32,000 nucleotides of DNA from Ignicoccus islandicus DSM 13165 (lineage in GTDB: Archaea > Thermoproteota > Thermoprotei_A > Sulfolobales > Ignicoccaceae): the NCBI RefSeq assembly GCF_001481685.1, contig NZ_CP006867.1, positions 540,001 through 572,000 on the forward strand, in the 5' to 3' direction. Made by a program: the position numbers and the translations under genes. This document shows positions 9,243 through 17,087 of the stretch, piece by piece (position 1 is the first letter of the stretch; the number at the start of each line of letters is the position of its first letter). The notes under the pieces are model-generated. The model was not told the DNA's origin. It did no database searches and was given only the letters and a program-made list of their open reading frames with translations.

Positions 9243-9352
9243 TCTCTCACCATCTCTCTAATGCAAACTAGTAGGTTTTAATTAATTGCTCTTTTGAGAA
9301 GGAATGCTATATTTAAACTGTCATTTAAACATGCAATAACCGAGTCATTAGG

Positions 9353-9625
9353 GTGAAGCAAGAAATGAAGTTCTTTGAGAAGATCTTGGAAACAGTAATA
9401 GGTTTCGTTAATCTGAGAGCCACGGAGTACATTGAAATGGAACTAGAAGAACTAGAGCACCTCTTCGCACTCATAACGTTGGGCTTCTTGGCGGGTTATC
9501 CTCTCATACCGATTTCGACTTCGCTTAAGCTACTACCGTACCTTGAGAAGGAGATCTATCTTATGTTCAATAGGATAGAATACCTTGACGATCAGCTAGG
9601 TATAATAGGTTTCGACATAGAATGA
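9353..9625 (+). CDS. hypothetical small protein with central hydrophobic segment, first gene of the ArsA-like module
   Basis: ORF track. Two TATA-like boxes (9308-9317 and 9323-9330) lie upstream. Its stop overlaps the next start in ATGA (9622-9625). Hydrophobic stretch LFALITLGFLAGYPLIPI. Confidence 0.55.
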   Translation: MKQEMKFFEKILETVIGFVNLRATEYIEMELEELEHLFALITLGFLAGYPLIPISTSLKLLPYLEKEIYLMFNRIEYLDDQLGIIGFDIE

Positions 9626-10557
9626 GGTGGAAAGACGTGGCACGGCTCTTTCATTTCCTAGGAAAAGGAGGCGTTGGTAAGACTACGTCCTCCGCGCTCC
9701 AAGCTATTCTATTGTCAAGGAAGGGGAAAACACTGCTAGTTTCCTTAGATCCAGCACATAACTTAGGAGACGTGCTTGGGATTGAACTAGGAGAGGAACC
9801 TAAGGAGGTTAAGGAGAACTTGCATGCCATGGAACCAGACGTAACGAAGCTTATGGAAGAATACGGTAAAAGCATTGCGAAGGAGATCGAAAGCCATTAC
9901 AAGTACTTGAAAGTCTTAAACTTAGATAAGATCATCAGAACGATTGAATATACCCCCGGTGTAGAGGAGCAAGTATTATTAGAAACTATAGCTCGTTTAA
10001 TGGAAATGAAATACGACTACATCGTCATTGATCACGCGCCTACAGCGCTTTCAGTTAGGGTACTTCTATTACCTCAGATAATGCTTACCTGGTTGAACCA
10101 CATAAGGGAACTTAGATTACAAATACTCAAGCGAAGGAAACTAATTGGAGCTGAATCCATAGAAGACAAAGTATTGGAAATATTAAATACAGAGATAGAG
10201 AAATATAAGGCTCTTGAAGAAACTTTTAAGAGTATAAAGAGTTCGCCAATTACAATAGTAGTCAATCCAGAGGAAATGCCTTGCTTGGAAGCCGCTAGAA
10301 TAAGAGACGTCTTAAGGAGGTTCGACATGCCTTTATGCGGAGTAGTTATAAATAAGGTTATAGTTGCAGACTCAATCGATCCAACTCTACTAGAAATGAA
10401 GGAAATGCAAAGGAAGTGGATAAATTTCATTGAAAGCTCATTTAAAGATTATCGTATAGTAAAAGTCCCATACTTGGTACCGCCACCTAGAGGAGTAAGG
10501 GAGCTCGAAGAGATTGCAAAGAAGTATTTGGGTGAACCCATGTGTTGTTATGGCTAG
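9622..10557 (+). CDS. divergent ArsA/Get3-family (SIMIBI) ATPase, single domain, 311 aa
   Basis: Deviant Walker A GKGGVGKTT. ArsA/Get3 switch-I block LDPAHNLGDVLG. Switch-II/signature region is degenerate (VIDHAPTALSVRVLLLP instead of DTAPTGHT). No CxxC motif seen. Confidence 0.85.
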   Translation: MRWKDVARLFHFLGKGGVGKTTSSALQAILLSRKGKTLLVSLDPAHNLGDVLGIELGEEPKEVKENLHAMEPDVTKLMEEYGKSIAKEIESHYKYLKVLNLDKIIRTIEYTPGVEEQVLLETIARLMEMKYDYIVIDHAPTALSVRVLLLPQIMLTWLNHIRELRLQILKRRKLIGAESIEDKVLEILNTEIEKYKALEETFKSIKSSPITIVVNPEEMPCLEAARIRDVLRRFDMPLCGVVINKVIVADSIDPTLLEMKEMQRKWINFIESSFKDYRIVKVPYLVPPPRGVRELEEIAKKYLGEPMCCYG

Positions 10558-11147
10558 GTTTATTTGCACTTGCCGGTGCCACTACCTATCAATTCTTTAG
10601 AGGTAGAAGAACTAACTTGGAACTAATGAGAGACTACGTTAGGGAAATAGAGAGTTCGCTAGACCCTGTAGACAAATTATACACATTAACGGGATTGTAT
10701 AGCGGTTTTAAAAGCGAGTTCAAAGTAAGGAATGAAAAGATCGAAAAAATCGAGATTTCACTTGGTCTGATGCCTCGAGAGAGCTTACTCTATTACCCTA
10801 TATCTCTACTCACACTACGTCACGACAGGTTATACATTGTTTTCAGATTAACCAAAATTCCTAGAGAGGAAATTCATATAGTTCACCCTAAGACATTAGG
10901 ATACAATGCAAAGGAGCTAAGAAATGTACTAAAGAATAAAGTTATAATAAATGGTACGATCTACTTGACTAACACTGAAGAAAATCATCCTACCTTGAAC
11001 GACCTCAAATCTATTGTACTAGATGAAAACGTTCTTCACGTATCGCTCGTGCCTAGGACCTCTGTTTTATATGTCTTCCTTAAGCCGCGAAGGGGTTTAA
11101 TTAAAAAAGTGATAAAAAGTTCGCTAAACTTCATAGAAAGGCTTTAG
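10542..11147 (+). CDS. hypothetical N-terminally membrane-anchored protein, 201 aa, third gene of the module
   Basis: GTG start 16 nt inside the ATPase gene. N-terminal TM LLWLGLFALAGATTYQFF followed by RGRR, then a soluble beta-rich region. No family recognised. Confidence 0.6.
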   Translation: MLLWLGLFALAGATTYQFFRGRRTNLELMRDYVREIESSLDPVDKLYTLTGLYSGFKSEFKVRNEKIEKIEISLGLMPRESLLYYPISLLTLRHDRLYIVFRLTKIPREEIHIVHPKTLGYNAKELRNVLKNKVIINGTIYLTNTEENHPTLNDLKSIVLDENVLHVSLVPRTSVLYVFLKPRRGLIKKVIKSSLNFIERL

Positions 11148-11623
11148 AGTTCCCTAACTTTTTTAATAATCATTTCCCACAGGGGGTCACCCGGACCTAA
11201 CAACGTATGACTCATGGGAGGGTTCCATCCGGGAATCACGTTTCGTAGCTCATTCAAGTAGATAGGCCTCTTGTACTTCTTGGGTTCAGTGACTTCCAGC
11301 GCAAAGGCTTTCTTTGATCTAGAGATATATGAGTAATCTTCCTCGCCGATACCAGTAACTTCTTCCCCGCCTTCTTGTTCAATTCGTTTCCTAACGTACT
11401 CGGGACGACCTTTTATGACTTTACCTATTCGGAATTCACCTATTATGGCTTTTATCTCACCAGAAACGTACATTACGACTAGCATTCCAGGAACTAAATC
11501 AAGTCCAATCCAAGTTCTCAGCTCGAACTTCTTATATCCGCTTAAGATTCTTTGAGCGTACTTAGGTTTTATTGATAACAAAACGACTGGTGCATCGTAA
11601 TCTTCCAGTGGCTCGATGTTCAC
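11144..11623 (-). CDS. ASCH (PUA-like fold) domain protein
   Basis: N-terminal block VLLSIKPKYAQRILSGYKKFELR resembles the ASCH/PUA-like signature (I/V-K-P-x-(F/Y/W)...G-x-K-x-x-E-x-R). 159 aa. Confidence 0.7.
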   Translation of the reverse strand: MNIEPLEDYDAPVVLLSIKPKYAQRILSGYKKFELRTWIGLDLVPGMLVVMYVSGEIKAIIGEFRIGKVIKGRPEYVRKRIEQEGGEEVTGIGEEDYSYISRSKKAFALEVTEPKKYKRPIYLNELRNVIPGWNPPMSHTLLGPGDPLWEMIIKKVREL

Positions 11624-11648
11624 TCCTAAACTCCTGTTTGAGGCTAAA

Positions 11649-12083
11649 CTAACCAGCTCCTAAGAGGTTTAATGTAGTATTCCCTATAATATACAATATT
11701 GGTGAGGCTAAAACATTGAATGAATATGAACTTGTACCTACGTCGTAAAGTAATTTTAGGAAGGTGCTTAACTCGAATGGATTAACGTACTGCGGAAGTA
11801 CTTGATTTATTGCTAGAATGAATCCGATGAGGATCCATCCAGCTGTGATAGAGATGTCCGGCGAAACGCCAAATGCCTCTTTTCCAATGTACTCGAAGAA
11901 GCAGTTCAACAGAGATCCGAGTACTACTACCGTTAACGTAGCTATCACCGAGAGTAACGAGAACGACAAGAAGGTTTGGATGGAATATGGTTTAATTAGT
12001 TCAAGAGCGATTAAAACGGAATTCCACAGAGCAAGTAAGACTACACCATAACCTATGCTTAGTACAACACAATACCGAGCCAC
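11649..12083 (-). CDS. hypothetical polytopic membrane protein, 144 aa
   Basis: ORF track. About four hydrophobic helices. GTG start. The antisense ORF 11818-12051 is low complexity and rejected. Confidence 0.55.
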   Translation of the reverse strand: MARYCVVLSIGYGVVLLALWNSVLIALELIKPYSIQTFLSFSLLSVIATLTVVVLGSLLNCFFEYIGKEAFGVSPDISITAGWILIGFILAINQVLPQYVNPFELSTFLKLLYDVGTSSYSFNVLASPILYIIGNTTLNLLGAG

Positions 12084-12110
12084 GTGAAGAACCCTTACGT
12101 CATCTTTCAG

Positions 12111-12125
12111 ATTAAATTTTTAAAC
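12111..12125 (+). promoter_or_regulatory. AT-rich TATA region (ATTAAATTTTTAAAC) in the divergent spacer, about 30 nt upstream of tRNA-Glu
   Basis: TTTTTAAA at 12117-12124 is centred about 31 nt upstream of tRNA base 1 (12152). The same AT tract sits about 30 nt from GTG 12083 on the other strand. Confidence 0.45.
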
Positions 12126-12151
12126 ACTCAAGTATGGATGTGCTACGGCGA

Positions 12152-12229
12152 GCCGCGGTAGTATAGCCCGGCCAAGTATGCGGGCCTTTCAAGCCCGTGA
12201 CCCGGGTTCAAATCCCGGCCGCGGCACCA
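12152..12229 (+). tRNA. tRNA-Glu (anticodon UUC), CCA encoded
   Basis: Folded by hand. Acceptor GCCGCGG/CCGCGGC (7 bp). Anticodon stem CGGGC/GCCCG with loop CTTTCAA (TTC at 12188-12190). T arm CCGGG-TTCAAAT-CCCGG. Discriminator A then CCA. Confidence 0.9.
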
Positions 12230-12353
12230 TATACCATCCCCTTGTTATCATTCTCATCATTCCTTCGCAAGTGTGCTTATCAAGCATACTCAATTAAGTA
12301 TCGTATGAAAGTTAAACTTATTAGCCTCGGCAGAGGCGTAATCATCACGGGAA

Positions 12354-12494
12354 CCCGCCGTAGCTCAGCGGTAGAGCGCCCGGCTGTAGGACCCGTACGT
12401 GGTCCACCCCCGGAGTGGGGCACTCAGCCCCCAGATGAAGGGGTGGGCAGCAGAAACCGGGTGGCCCGGGGTTCGAGTCCCCGCGGCGGGACCA
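12354..12494 (+). tRNA. tRNA-Tyr (anticodon GUA) interrupted by a 66-nt intron at the canonical 37/38 position, CCA encoded
   Basis: Acceptor CCCGCCG/CGGCGGG, giving the C1:G72 pair typical of archaeal tRNA-Tyr. D arm GCTC-AGCGGTA-GAGC. Anticodon stem CCCGG/CCGGG. GTA at 12386-12388. T arm CGGGG-TTCGAGT-CCCCG. Discriminator A then CCA. Confidence 0.88.
12390..12455 (+). other. tRNA-Tyr intron (66 nt, GC-rich, long irregular hairpin)
   Basis: Bulge-helix-bulge geometry. Central 4-bp helix C12384-T12387 with G12450-G12453. 5' bulge A-G|G (cut after 12389). 3' bulge A-A|A (cut after 12455). Intron core pairs 12402-12410 with 12440-12448, and 12416-12420 with 12429-12433. Confidence 0.75.
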
Positions 12495-12543
12495 GGGCCA
12501 CCCATCAATCCTTCCACTACCACAGTTGGTCTAGGGATAGAAG

Positions 12544-12708
12544 ATGTCAACAGAAGATAAAGTGAAATTAGAAATTATCGAGAAATACTCCGCTCTCGGA
12601 GAGAAACGTTACGTTGTGAAAATTACCGGAACAAACATTCTGATTAACATAAAAGCTGAGAACGAAGACGAAGCACTAAAGAGAGCTAGAAAGTTGCTTT
12701 TCGGTTGA
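12544..12708 (+). CDS. possible small protein, 54 aa (MSTEDKVKLEIIEKYSALGEKRYVVKITGTNILINIKAENEDEALKRARKLLFG)
   Basis: Below the ORF-track size cutoff and found by reading. Lys/Glu-rich beta-beta-alpha-like composition similar to neighbouring genes. Starts 50 nt after tRNA-Tyr with no obvious TATA or SD of its own. Overlaps the convergent trkH end by 23 nt. Confidence 0.3.
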   Translation: MSTEDKVKLEIIEKYSALGEKRYVVKITGTNILINIKAENEDEALKRARKLLFG

Positions 12709-14110
12709 GCCTCTTCCTTTTAATGATATGACAAAGTTCCCCTCCTACGGACTGGATGAAATATAGTACTGGCACTATTTCAAGCTTACCAACTATCATC
12801 GAGATTGCTAATATCATTCTTATATCTACAGTCGCTAAGGAAGTTAGACCTGAAGATAAGCCTGTTCCAGACATCGCAGAAGATACTTCAAACATCACGT
12901 CCGTTGGGGATACGCTTATCTTATGTAATTTGACGAGCTCAACTAACACGGCCGATATGACTAGAAAGGTCAAGAAGTACAGAACTACGAAAGTCATCAT
13001 GGCAGTTAGTTCCGATTCAGAAATTTCCCTATCGATTTTGAGTGTGCTTACAAATCCTTCTGGTTTGCCTAACGATCTGAGTTGCCTTCTGATTATTTTC
13101 CAGAAAACGTAAATTCTGTATAGTTTGATACCACCGCCTGTTGAGAAAGTTGATGCACCTATAAGCATAGCAATTATCAATATGAACTTTGAAGATAGCG
13201 GATACTTGGATACATCAACTATGGAAAAACCAGAAGTCGTAACTGCACTTGCTGAATGGAAAAACGCGTTCCAAATAGTATAGAAGTCGTATTTACCCCA
13301 AGAAATCATGAGGAGAACTGCATAGAAAGCGATTGATGCTAAAAGCATTCTAAGCTCAACGTGTTTAATCGCTTGTTTCAATTTACCATATTTTATGTTA
13401 AGGTAAATTGAGAAGTTCAAAGCACCCAGTATGCACGTTATTATGACTGCTAGCTGTTGAGGGAAACTGAGATCTCCCGCCCCCATATCTGTAGGTGAGA
13501 ATCCTCCAGTAGCTAAAGCAGCGAAAGTGTAAACAATAGCATTATATACGCTCATTCCACTAATTGTCATGTATATTATTGGTATTACGGTCAACACGAT
13601 ATACGTTATAATTAGATCCTTAACGGTTTGGTACATACTGGGTCTTACCTTTTCTCCTTTACCAAGGGCTGAGACTATACCGGTAGGAGATACATTGTAG
13701 ACGAGAGCGAGTATCAAGACTAGGAACAAAGTCCCGACTTCTCCTACCCACTGAGACGTCGCTCTATATGCATTAACGAAGGGCGTGTACTTAGAAGGCT
13801 CGATTACTGTAAAGCCAGTACCACTGAGACCGCTCACCATTTCGAAATAGGAATCCGCTATATCTAATTTTGTTACAATAGAGAAAGGTATTGCTAGGAA
13901 AAACGGTGTAGCGAACCAGAAGATAACCAATGCCTTTAGTATGGTCCGGGCAGTAACTGTCCTCAGTACCTCGAAGTATTTCTTAACTATATAGAATAAT
14001 ATTGATGATATTAAGAGGGATGATAAGGAGTATATGTCGTAATATGGATACGTAAGTGAAACGATAGGAGCAATAAAAAGAGTTAAGGCGGTGACGGATA
14101 TAGAAAGCAT
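12686..14110 (-). CDS. trkH: TrkH/KtrB-family potassium uptake membrane subunit
   Basis: Four pore-loop glycine motifs SGTGFT, ATGGFS, TTSGFS and SGTGLS spaced through a polytopic protein. I prefer ATG at 14110 (MLSISVTAL...), which avoids overlapping the helicase stop. The track's longest ORF runs to 14176. Confidence 0.88.
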   Translation of the reverse strand: MLSISVTALTLFIAPIVSLTYPYYDIYSLSSLLISSILFYIVKKYFEVLRTVTARTILKALVIFWFATPFFLAIPFSIVTKLDIADSYFEMVSGLSGTGFTVIEPSKYTPFVNAYRATSQWVGEVGTLFLVLILALVYNVSPTGIVSALGKGEKVRPSMYQTVKDLIITYIVLTVIPIIYMTISGMSVYNAIVYTFAALATGGFSPTDMGAGDLSFPQQLAVIITCILGALNFSIYLNIKYGKLKQAIKHVELRMLLASIAFYAVLLMISWGKYDFYTIWNAFFHSASAVTTSGFSIVDVSKYPLSSKFILIIAMLIGASTFSTGGGIKLYRIYVFWKIIRRQLRSLGKPEGFVSTLKIDREISESELTAMMTFVVLYFLTFLVISAVLVELVKLHKISVSPTDVMFEVSSAMSGTGLSSGLTSLATVDIRMILAISMIVGKLEIVPVLYFIQSVGGELCHIIKRKRLNRKATF

Positions 14111-14135
14111 TAGCCCCCATAGTATTTCCGATGAT

Positions 14136-16976
14136 CTACGTGTGTCTCCTGATCCTCTGAAGGTACGCCACTGCATTCAACAGGACCGCTGGGAGCGCCT
14201 TCTTAGGTATATAAAAGTATCTCGGCACCATGTTCTTGATGAGAGTATCAGCTGGTATCATCACCTTTACTTCGTAATATTCCTCGTCAGGGAACTTGCT
14301 TAAGAATCCCTCTGGGTCTTGGAGTATTTCTAATGGTTTAAAGTATCTCATGTTATATTCGTCCTTAGGCGATGTTCTAAAGTATACCACGAAGTTCTCG
14401 TGGATGTCTTTCGGCTTAAAGGAGGAACTATATTCATCTCTCTTCATTATTTCATCGAGATCATCTAGAAGTATCCACCTAGTCTCACCGAATTCGACGT
14501 CGATGAACTGTAGGGTTCTGTTCTTTGAAGTGGGTTTTCTCATTTCCTTCAGCTTGTTTTCAATAGTTGTTGGGCTCAAGTTAAGCATTAGAGCAAGTTC
14601 CTCAACTGTAAAGGCTTCGCCTTTAAGCGTGTTCACTATCCTCATCTCGACCATTTTAAGCCATGGTCTAACGGGAGGCAGGGATAGCAGATATTCCGTA
14701 AATGGAGAGTATGTCTTCGCCTTAAGTAACTTGAGCTTTATTTTGCCACTTTTAATCCCTTCAAGGAATTCCTTGGTTGCTTCGATGTCGAAGTGCTTCT
14801 GGATAGTTTGCTTAATTGCTTCTTCATATATTATCCCATCATTAGGCGTAACTTTACCTATCTTCCCGAAGCTTAGTTGAATCTCCTTGGCCACTTGGAA
14901 TAAGTACGGTGAACGTTCAAGCGATTTCTTAAGGAGTTCTTCTACGTTATCTATTTTCTTCAGTAATTGAACAACATTAGGTATCTTTTCGTTAGTCTCT
15001 ATAGTTACCGCAATACCTACCATGGAAGACCTTATTTGAACCGAAGTTGTATATTCAGATGATATTAGGTACATCAATATGTGAGCAATAGTTTCTGCAA
15101 CTCTGTGGTCGATAAATCCGGTTATGCTATATCCCTTGTCTAATTTTTCTACATAGTAGAGGTTACCTCCTGGAATAGGTACTTTTCTCTTTTGGTACCA
15201 TTCAACAACCCTTCTTATTTTCATTTGAGCTTCTTCCGAAACTCTAACGTTGGATGGTACCTCTTGAGACGTCAAAACTTCAATGGCATAAACGGGTACT
15301 AAAGGACTTCTTATTGATTCATCACTACGCCATAGAGGTACTTCGCCCTTGTCGTCTGTAGAAGGTTCAACTATCACTCTCATATTTTCTTCATCGATAT
15401 TAATTATTTTCCATACTCTTCCGGCAAGTCTTATCTTGCTATCAGGTCTTAGGTACTTGTATACGTAGAAGGCGTCCAAATCACCTATTGTCTTGTTGTT
15501 CCACTTCACTACGAAGGTATCTCTTTCTGAAATCATAGAGAAGAACTCACCGAAAGGTCTACTCCACCATTTCTTGCTTTGGCAATCGAAGCACCATAGT
15601 TTGTAGAACATATATCCTATCTTCAAGTTATTATTTTCTTTGTTTAAGAGTTTATTCTTGACCAATATGTCTATAACTTCATCGAATGTTTCGCGTGTAA
15701 GGTTTCTAAAGAGATACGATCCCCTTACGACCTCATAGGCGAAATTCACATCAAGCTGTTTATATTGTAATACCATTCCTATTATCTCGCGTGCCAATAC
15801 ATCTAATGGCATCTCAATTACTTTAGGTTTCTCAACTATGCCTCTGACAGCCAGGATTGATTCTATGTATGAGTCTATCGTATCTATTTCAGTTGTCGTT
15901 ATCAGAGAGCCCCTCGACTCCCCACCCAATTCGTGTCCAGCCCTACCAATTCTCTGGAGCAGAGCCGCAACGCTTCCCGGAGACTTAACTTGAATTACTT
16001 TCTTCAGTTTATTAATATCAATACCAAGCTCTAGAGTCTTCGTAGCTATTACCACGTCTATCTTACCGTCTTTGAGAAGTTTCTCGCTGCTAACTCTCAC
16101 GTCTTTCGATACCGAAGAGTGATGAACTTCTACTTTTAAGTTGGAGATTTTACTTATTTCTTCGTGCAATCTCTCTGCAGCGAACCTGGTATTAACGAAA
16201 ACTAGAGTGGGTGGATCTACCTTCTCTAAGACCTTCTTGGCTAATTCAGACCAGAAGTTGGTGTTCTCGGTTGAAGTGACGGTATCAATCTCCAGAGTTA
16301 TCTTCCTCCTTTTAGATACACTTACAATTCGAGTATCTCTCTTTGATGAACCAAACAACACCTTAGCGGTAAGTTCCGGATCTCCTACTGTAGCACTTAA
16401 TGCTATTCTCTGGAAGTCATACTGTGTGTAGGCTTTGAGTCGCTCAAGTAATACAGAGAGTTGAGCCCCTCGCTTATTGCTCACTAGCTCATGTGCTTCG
16501 TCTATTATAACCCATTTGACGTTCTTATAATATTTCCTAAATTGAGTAGCCCAGTCTAGATCTATTTCAAGTCCTTCAGGTGTTGTAAGTAATATGTGTG
16601 GTACTTTCTTTAGTCTAGTACTTCTCTCGGAGGCCGAAACGTCACCGTGCTTTCTGGCAACTCTAAATCCTAACGGTGAGGCCCACCATTCTATTCTTTC
16701 CTTTAAATCGTTTATTAGTGATTTCAGAGGAGTGATGTAGATTACTGCTAGCGGTTCTGGTTTCATTGAAATCATCTTTGCTAATACTGGTAAGATGGCC
16801 GCTTCCGTTTTTCCATAGCCTGTAGGTGCCATGATTAAGGTATTCTTACCGTCATAGACTGGTTTGAACGCCTTTTCTTGAATTTCAGTTAATCTGGTCC
16901 AACCTTTCTTCTTAATTAGTTCAAGTAATTCGCTCGGAATCCTCAATTCTTCAACGCTTATCACTGTCCAATGCAC
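14136..16976 (-). CDS. lhr: Lhr-type superfamily 2 DEAH-box helicase with long C-terminal extension including a winged-helix-like segment
   Basis: Motif I MAPTGYGKTEAA, motif II IIDEAHEL, motif III SAT, motif VI LQRIGRAGH. 946 aa. The start may instead be the GTG at 16964, 11 nt downstream of a GGAGG. Confidence 0.88.
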   Translation of the reverse strand: MHWTVISVEELRIPSELLELIKKKGWTRLTEIQEKAFKPVYDGKNTLIMAPTGYGKTEAAILPVLAKMISMKPEPLAVIYITPLKSLINDLKERIEWWASPLGFRVARKHGDVSASERSTRLKKVPHILLTTPEGLEIDLDWATQFRKYYKNVKWVIIDEAHELVSNKRGAQLSVLLERLKAYTQYDFQRIALSATVGDPELTAKVLFGSSKRDTRIVSVSKRRKITLEIDTVTSTENTNFWSELAKKVLEKVDPPTLVFVNTRFAAERLHEEISKISNLKVEVHHSSVSKDVRVSSEKLLKDGKIDVVIATKTLELGIDINKLKKVIQVKSPGSVAALLQRIGRAGHELGGESRGSLITTTEIDTIDSYIESILAVRGIVEKPKVIEMPLDVLAREIIGMVLQYKQLDVNFAYEVVRGSYLFRNLTRETFDEVIDILVKNKLLNKENNNLKIGYMFYKLWCFDCQSKKWWSRPFGEFFSMISERDTFVVKWNNKTIGDLDAFYVYKYLRPDSKIRLAGRVWKIINIDEENMRVIVEPSTDDKGEVPLWRSDESIRSPLVPVYAIEVLTSQEVPSNVRVSEEAQMKIRRVVEWYQKRKVPIPGGNLYYVEKLDKGYSITGFIDHRVAETIAHILMYLISSEYTTSVQIRSSMVGIAVTIETNEKIPNVVQLLKKIDNVEELLKKSLERSPYLFQVAKEIQLSFGKIGKVTPNDGIIYEEAIKQTIQKHFDIEATKEFLEGIKSGKIKLKLLKAKTYSPFTEYLLSLPPVRPWLKMVEMRIVNTLKGEAFTVEELALMLNLSPTTIENKLKEMRKPTSKNRTLQFIDVEFGETRWILLDDLDEIMKRDEYSSSFKPKDIHENFVVYFRTSPKDEYNMRYFKPLEILQDPEGFLSKFPDEEYYEVKVMIPADTLIKNMVPRYFYIPKKALPAVLLNAVAYLQRIRRHT

Positions 16977-17087
16977 CTCCTTTAACTACACCTTCTACCA
17001 CTACTCTCGTGACTGTATCTGCATCTAGGACAGTAAAGTCGGTTATATAAGTTATGATTCCCCAACTTCGATCCGGGTAGTGTAAAA

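Noticed and set aside
12197-12565. Track ORFs 12197-12565 (+, 122 aa) and 12365-12550 (-, 61 aa)
   Set aside because: Both run straight through the tRNA-Glu 3' half and the whole tRNA-Tyr gene plus intron. Their Pro/Gly/Arg-rich translation is just the GC-rich tRNA sequence read as protein.
14111-14176. 22-codon N-terminal extension of TrkH (MQWRTFRGSGDTRRSSEILWGL) overlapping the helicase stop by 41 nt
   Set aside because: The extension is hydrophilic and unlike TrkH N-termini. The internal ATG at 14110 starts directly at the first TM helix and removes the overlap. I cannot exclude the longer form.
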